A stretch of DNA of 47,306 bases. Origin: Flavobacteriales bacterium (GTDB lineage: Bacteria; Bacteroidota; Bacteroidia; Flavobacteriales_F; PHOS-HE28). Position 1 is the first letter of the stretch. Every line of letters starts with the position of its first letter. The DNA is taken from contig JAGODO010000002.1 in the NCBI GenBank assembly GCA_017998165.1, positions 1-47,306 of the forward strand, read 5' to 3'. A program made the translations under genes and the position numbers. The notes under the pieces were generated by a model. It saw only the letters and a program-made list of their open reading frames with translations, was not told the origin of the DNA and made no database searches. Of the stretch, positions 45,266 to 47,306 are shown in pieces.

Positions 45266-45371
45266 AGTCCATGGCCCGTGGGGGCTCGCGTTGCTTGCGG
45301 TACAAGCATCGTGGAACACACGGGTCTTATATCAACCGCCTTCCGGTGAAGAAGGCACAAAACCCCACCTC

Positions 45372-46649
45372 ATGTACCGTTCATTCCTCCTGGCCTCCGC
45401 GTTGGCCGCAGCATCATTCGCGAACGCGCAGCAATACGTGCACCAAGTGCTCGTGTTGAATGAAGGCTACTTCAACTTCAACACACAGATGCAGGAAGTG
45501 CCTGTGACCCTCGGCAGCTATGACCCGCAGGCGGGCACCTACACCGCCGTGGCCACCATCGCGGATGCCCGCTTCGGCAACCATGTCGGGGTCGACGGCG
45601 ACTTCGTTTACGTGGCTGCGGACCACCGCCTGCTGAAGTACGATGCGAACAGCTTCGCCCTCCTGGATGAGGCCGAGGTGGTCGGCATCCGCCGCTTCGC
45701 CTTCTGGAACGACGCGATCGTGATCACCCGTGGTGAAGTCGGCGGCTTGTCGCACTACTGCGAAGTGCGCGACAAGAACACCTTGGACCTGGTCTACATT
45801 ATCGGTACCGCAGACCTTCCTTACAGCTGCGAGGCGGTGGAAGTGGTGGGGGACAAAGCCTACATCGCCGTGAACAACGGATTCGAATGGGGCAACGCCG
45901 TGGGCAAACTGGGCGTGCTGGACCTGAGCACCCAGACCTGGGAAACGTCCATCGACCTCGGGGAGAACGGCCTGAACCCCGAAAACGTGATGGTGGTGGA
46001 CGGCGCGGTGTACACCTTCAACAACAAGGATTTCACCGGCAGCAGCGTAAGCAAGTTCAGCATCGGTGGGAGCGGGTTGGACTATACGAACGACGTGGCC
46101 CTGAGCTCCGGCTGTGGCTCCTCCGCCAAAACGGAGAACCGCATCTACTTCATGGAGTACGCCCAGAATCTGCTGAACACCTTCGACCTCGCCACGGCCA
46201 CCGTGGCCGACACCTTGGAAGGCTCGCCTGCCACCTACGGCCTGATCGATGACCCGATCAACGGGGTGATGTACGGCACCACCACGGACTTCTTCTCCAG
46301 CGGTGAACTGCATGTGATGGACTACACCGGTGCCATTCTGAGCACCGTGGCCGTGGGTGTTAGCCCCGGCAAACTGGCCCTCGATGTGCGCAACAGCACC
46401 GCCATCAACGAAGCCAGCGCTGGGGCCATGAGCATCTTCCCGAACCCCACGGAAGGTGCGGTAACGGTGCGTGCCAATGCATTGCGCGCAGGAGAGCCGA
46501 TCACCATCCTGGATGCTTCGGGCCGCTGCGTGCTGAACGCGCGCGCGAACGTCGTGGGCGTGGCACAACTGGACGTGACCGGACTCGCGAACGGCATCTA
46601 CACGGTGCGTTCCGCAAGCGGCATCACCACCCGCTTCACCAAGCGTTGA
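45372..46649 (+). CDS. Secreted beta-propeller protein (YncE/DUF5074-like) with T9SS C-terminal domain
   Basis: Start re-picked at ATG 45372 (MYRSFLLASALAAASFANAQ, SPI-type, no lipobox). VLVLNEGYFNFN opening and repeated blade-like units are present. C-terminal MSIFPNPTEGAVTVRAN...GIYTVRS is T9SS-CTD-like. Confidence 0.75.
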   Translation: MYRSFLLASALAAASFANAQQYVHQVLVLNEGYFNFNTQMQEVPVTLGSYDPQAGTYTAVATIADARFGNHVGVDGDFVYVAADHRLLKYDANSFALLDEAEVVGIRRFAFWNDAIVITRGEVGGLSHYCEVRDKNTLDLVYIIGTADLPYSCEAVEVVGDKAYIAVNNGFEWGNAVGKLGVLDLSTQTWETSIDLGENGLNPENVMVVDGAVYTFNNKDFTGSSVSKFSIGGSGLDYTNDVALSSGCGSSAKTENRIYFMEYAQNLLNTFDLATATVADTLEGSPATYGLIDDPINGVMYGTTTDFFSSGELHVMDYTGAILSTVAVGVSPGKLALDVRNSTAINEASAGAMSIFPNPTEGAVTVRANALRAGEPITILDASGRCVLNARANVVGVAQLDVTGLANGIYTVRSASGITTRFTKR

Positions 46650-46682
46650 AACACAACCTCTTTGACGAGCGGGGCGGTCGCC

Positions 46683-46690
46683 TACATTTG
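46683..46690 (+). promoter_or_regulatory. Candidate Bacteroidota -7 promoter element for tRNA-Thr
   Basis: TACATTTG matches TAnnTTTG exactly, 30 nt upstream of the mature tRNA 5' end. It lies in the loop of a GC hairpin (GCGGGGCGG / CCGCCCGC, 46669-46698) that could also terminate the upstream gene. Confidence 0.35.
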
Positions 46691-46719
46691 CCGCCCGCGT
46701 CCAAGGGCATATCAGTTCA

Positions 46720-46791
46720 GCCTCCCTAGCTCAGCGGTAGAGCAGCTCATTCGTAATGAGCAGGTCGCCGGTTCAAATCCGGCGGGGGGCT
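46720..46791 (+). tRNA. tRNA-Thr (anticodon CGT)
   Basis: Manual cloverleaf: acceptor GCCTCCC/GGGGGGC (one G-U), D arm GCTC-AGCGGTA-GAGC, anticodon arm GCTCA-TTCGTAA-TGAGC (anticodon CGT), variable AGGTC, T arm GCCGG-TTCAAAT-CCGGC, discriminator T. CCA is not encoded. Confidence 0.9.
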
Positions 46792-46804
46792 CTCTTAGAG
46801 CACC

Positions 46805-46832
46805 AAGCCCTCCGGCGCAAACTGGGGGGCTT
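46805..46832 (+). terminator. Hairpin downstream of tRNA-Thr
   Basis: AAGCCCTCC-(10 nt)-GGGGGGCTT, a 9-bp stem including one G-U, 14 nt after the tRNA. Confidence 0.4.
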
Positions 46833-46968
46833 GTCCGTTCGGGAAGGGGTAAATAAGGGGGCAAGTTTTTCAAGCCGGGATGTCAGCCGCCACGGGTCAG
46901 ACGGTGCAAGTCTGACAGCCGGAGGCAGAGGCGCGATTCCTGCCAGCCGCTTCCCAAACGCAACTACC

Positions 46969-47306
46969 ATGACCGAACAAGAACGCCTGGCCCAAGTGAA
47001 GACCCAGATCGACCAATTTGAAGCTGCCGAGAAGATGAAGGCCGCAGCGAGCAACGACGTTTGGAGGGAGGATGTCCGGGCATGGAACGACATTCACGCT
47101 ACGGTGATCAAATCGCTGGAAGGTGCCAAGACCAAATTGGAAGCCACTGGGTTCAAGAAGGTGACCACCGGCAAGGGAAACGCAACTACCACCGGGACGA
47201 TTGGCTGGATCCAAGCCCTCTATCCGCTTACGAACGCAACAATCAAACTTGAGGTGGAGGGGGTCATCCACACACAATCAGACCCAAGTACACGATCATT
47301 GAGGTA
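46969..47306 (+). CDS. Hypothetical protein, 5' part only (runs off the right edge)
   Basis: Not in the track (no stop in the window). ATG 46969 opens 112 stop-free codons (MTEQERLAQVKTQIDQFEAAEKMKAAASNDVWREDVRAWNDIHATVIKSLEG...) with helical, protein-like composition. A-ending codons (gaa, caa, aaa) are noticeably more frequent than in the rest of the window. Confidence 0.45.
   Translation, partial: MTEQERLAQVKTQIDQFEAAEKMKAAASNDVWREDVRAWNDIHATVIKSLEGAKTKLEATGFKKVTTGKGNATTTGTIGWIQALYPLTNATIKLEVEGVIHTQSDPSTRSLR

Noticed and set aside
44906-45319. 5' extension (138 codons) of the 423-aa ORF containing the GNAT
   Set aside because: The extension runs antisense through the cobalamin riboswitch and the 19-bp inverted repeat and translates to Ser/Arg/Pro-rich sequence. 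The GNAT fold begins right after ATG 44905.
45414-46568. 384-aa minus-strand ORF
   Set aside because: It is antisense to the propeller/T9SS gene and its composition is typical of a GC-rich shadow frame.
46897-47277. 126-aa minus-strand ORF downstream of the tRNA
   Set aside because: It overlaps the open plus-strand frame starting at 46969. The plus-frame product looks like a genuine helical protein, while the minus-frame product is Cys/Gly/His-rich and irregular. Still, the coding call here is only moderate confidence.

Overview
This is a 47.3-kb chromosomal segment with high GC (roughly 60% or more by eye) and very dense coding. It most likely comes from a member of the Bacteroidota. Four secreted proteins end in T9SS-type C-terminal sorting domains (..FPNP.. 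motif), an EF-G2-type paralog lacking the catalytic His is present, and TAnnTTTG-like -7 boxes occur upstream of several genes. Because of the GC content, the supplied ORF track contains many long antisense or out-of-frame ORFs, and most listed starts are over-extended; I re-picked starts by reading signal peptides and family N-termini.

Gene content, left to right:
- Three secreted glycan-active enzymes: an SGNH esterase, a beta-helix protein and a GH18 chitinase.
- A ClC channel, a GNAT, a GH92 mannosidase, a pirin and a prolyl oligopeptidase.
- Several two-component proteins and an NYN+cold-shock-domain protein.
- A DUF486/Kef(CPA2)/RR/RR/HK run and a minimal 2-TM channel-like protein.
- An Arn/Gtr-like amino-sugar module: aminotransferase, 3,4-ketoisomerase, methyltransferase, polyprenyl-P GT2 and a divergent GT-C-like membrane protein.
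- The phenylacetyl-CoA oxygenase genes paaABCD with a divergent paaE.
- A minus-strand block made of a ThiF(E1)-nitroreductase fusion, a GNAT-like protein, a 7TMR-DISM kinase, a hybrid kinase and a small secreted protein.
- An M1 peptidase, a GT4 glycosyltransferase, EF-G2, an outer-membrane barrel protein and a GNAT.
- A cobalamin riboswitch in front of a T9SS beta-propeller gene, then tRNA-Thr(CGT) followed by lower-GC DNA.

The observations I consider most worth following up:
1. Heptad-built palindromes fill every intercistronic gap of paaABCD.
2. The translationally coupled E1-nitroreductase/GNAT pair is embedded in sensor kinases.
3. The B12 riboswitch controls only a T9SS-exported propeller and is preceded by a perfect 19-bp inverted repeat.
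4. The Arn-like module appears built around a 3-amino-3,6-dideoxyhexose.

All functional calls come from motif and family recognition by eye. No database search was run.
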